Shown here one piece after another: positions 63,528-64,000 of a stretch of DNA of 64,000 bases (its first letter is position 1; each line of letters starts with the position of its first letter). A program made the translations under genes and the position numbers. The notes under the pieces were generated by a model. That model worked only from the letters and a program-made list of their open reading frames with translations, ran no database searches and had not been told where the DNA came from. Source of the DNA: an uncultured Acidobacteriota bacterium (GTDB lineage: Bacteria > Acidobacteriota > Thermoanaerobaculia > UBA5066); contig CAVZYA010000002.1 of the NCBI GenBank assembly GCA_963779415.1, forward strand, positions 1,280,001 through 1,344,000, written 5' to 3'.

Positions 63528-64000
63528 GTGACGGTACCGCTTCGCCACGTCTCCGACACGGCGCTCTGGGTTGCCATGTACCGGGCGCTCGAATCCGAGC
63601 GGCCCGACGCCCTCTTCCGCGATCCGTACGCGCGAAGGCTCGCGGGAGAGCGCGGCGAAGAGATCGTCAGGAAGATCCCGCGCGGCCGGACTCTGGCCTG
63701 GCCCATGGTGGTCCGGACGGCGGTGATGGACGAGATCATCCTCCGGTGCGTGGGTCTGGGGGCGGGGACCGTGATCAACCTCGCCGCCGGGCTGGACACC
63801 CGCGCCTTCCGACTCGCGCTGCCGCCGACTCTCCGATGGTTTGACGTCGACCTCGCAGAGATGACGGAGTACCGGAGGGAGCAGCTCGCCGACGCCCGGC
63901 CCGCCTGCGTGCACGAGCACGTTGCGGCCGATCTGACCGACGTCGGCGCGCTGGCGGCCGTCTTCGCGCGCGCCCGCGATGGAGAAACGCCGGCGATGGT
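63528..64000 (+). CDS. SAM-dependent methyltransferase (LCM/YktD-like), truncated by the window end
   Basis: VSDTALWVAMYRALESERPDALFRDPYARRLAG...VRT...NLAAGLDTRAFRL...WFDVDL. Confidence 0.88.
   Translation, partial: MTVPLRHVSDTALWVAMYRALESERPDALFRDPYARRLAGERGEEIVRKIPRGRTLAWPMVVRTAVMDEIILRCVGLGAGTVINLAAGLDTRAFRLALPPTLRWFDVDLAEMTEYRREQLADARPACVHEHVAADLTDVGALAAVFARARDGETPAM

Overview
High-GC bacterial window. The gene repertoire suggests Acidobacteriota/Thermoanaerobaculia (inference), and single-base frameshifts cluster at 31-43.6 kb. Contents in order: (1) a giant secreted Ig-like-repeat protein of at least 3060 aa (9182 to <1, minus strand, missing from the ORF track because it has no stop in the window); (2) two convergent paralogous ECF sigma + zinc-finger/TPR anti-sigma operons (9.4-15.2 kb) enclosing an unannotated 51-aa peptide gene with a strong RBS, MIGFFGAFLNLFWNFGGFFNY-(STGSGLVPVG)x3, plus an Ig-like protein and a 34-aa copy of that protein's C-terminus. 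This is the best candidate for an undescribed peptide-sensing, RRNPP-like ECF system; (3) ppdK, an RNB ribonuclease, an epoxide-hydrolase-like protein, sua5 and an amidohydrolase; (4) a decayed vapBC pair and an attC-like cassette pair flanked by a duplicated gene 3' end; (5) a MacAB-type ABC exporter and a frameshifted DUF748 protein; (6) an accessory island with a membrane-anchored Schlafen/AlbA_2, an HTH-nuclease, a DUF5678-like/retropepsin pair and a Ser/Thr kinase-TPR gene flanked by another 3'-end duplication; (7) a PTS-EIIA regulator and a hyf-like Ehr complex lacking NiFe ligands; (8) a sigma-54 two-component system with its probable target gene; (9) mutL, a rhomboid-like protein, a GT-C-like membrane protein, a SigW-like ECF operon, intact vapBC, typA and a truncated methyltransferase.
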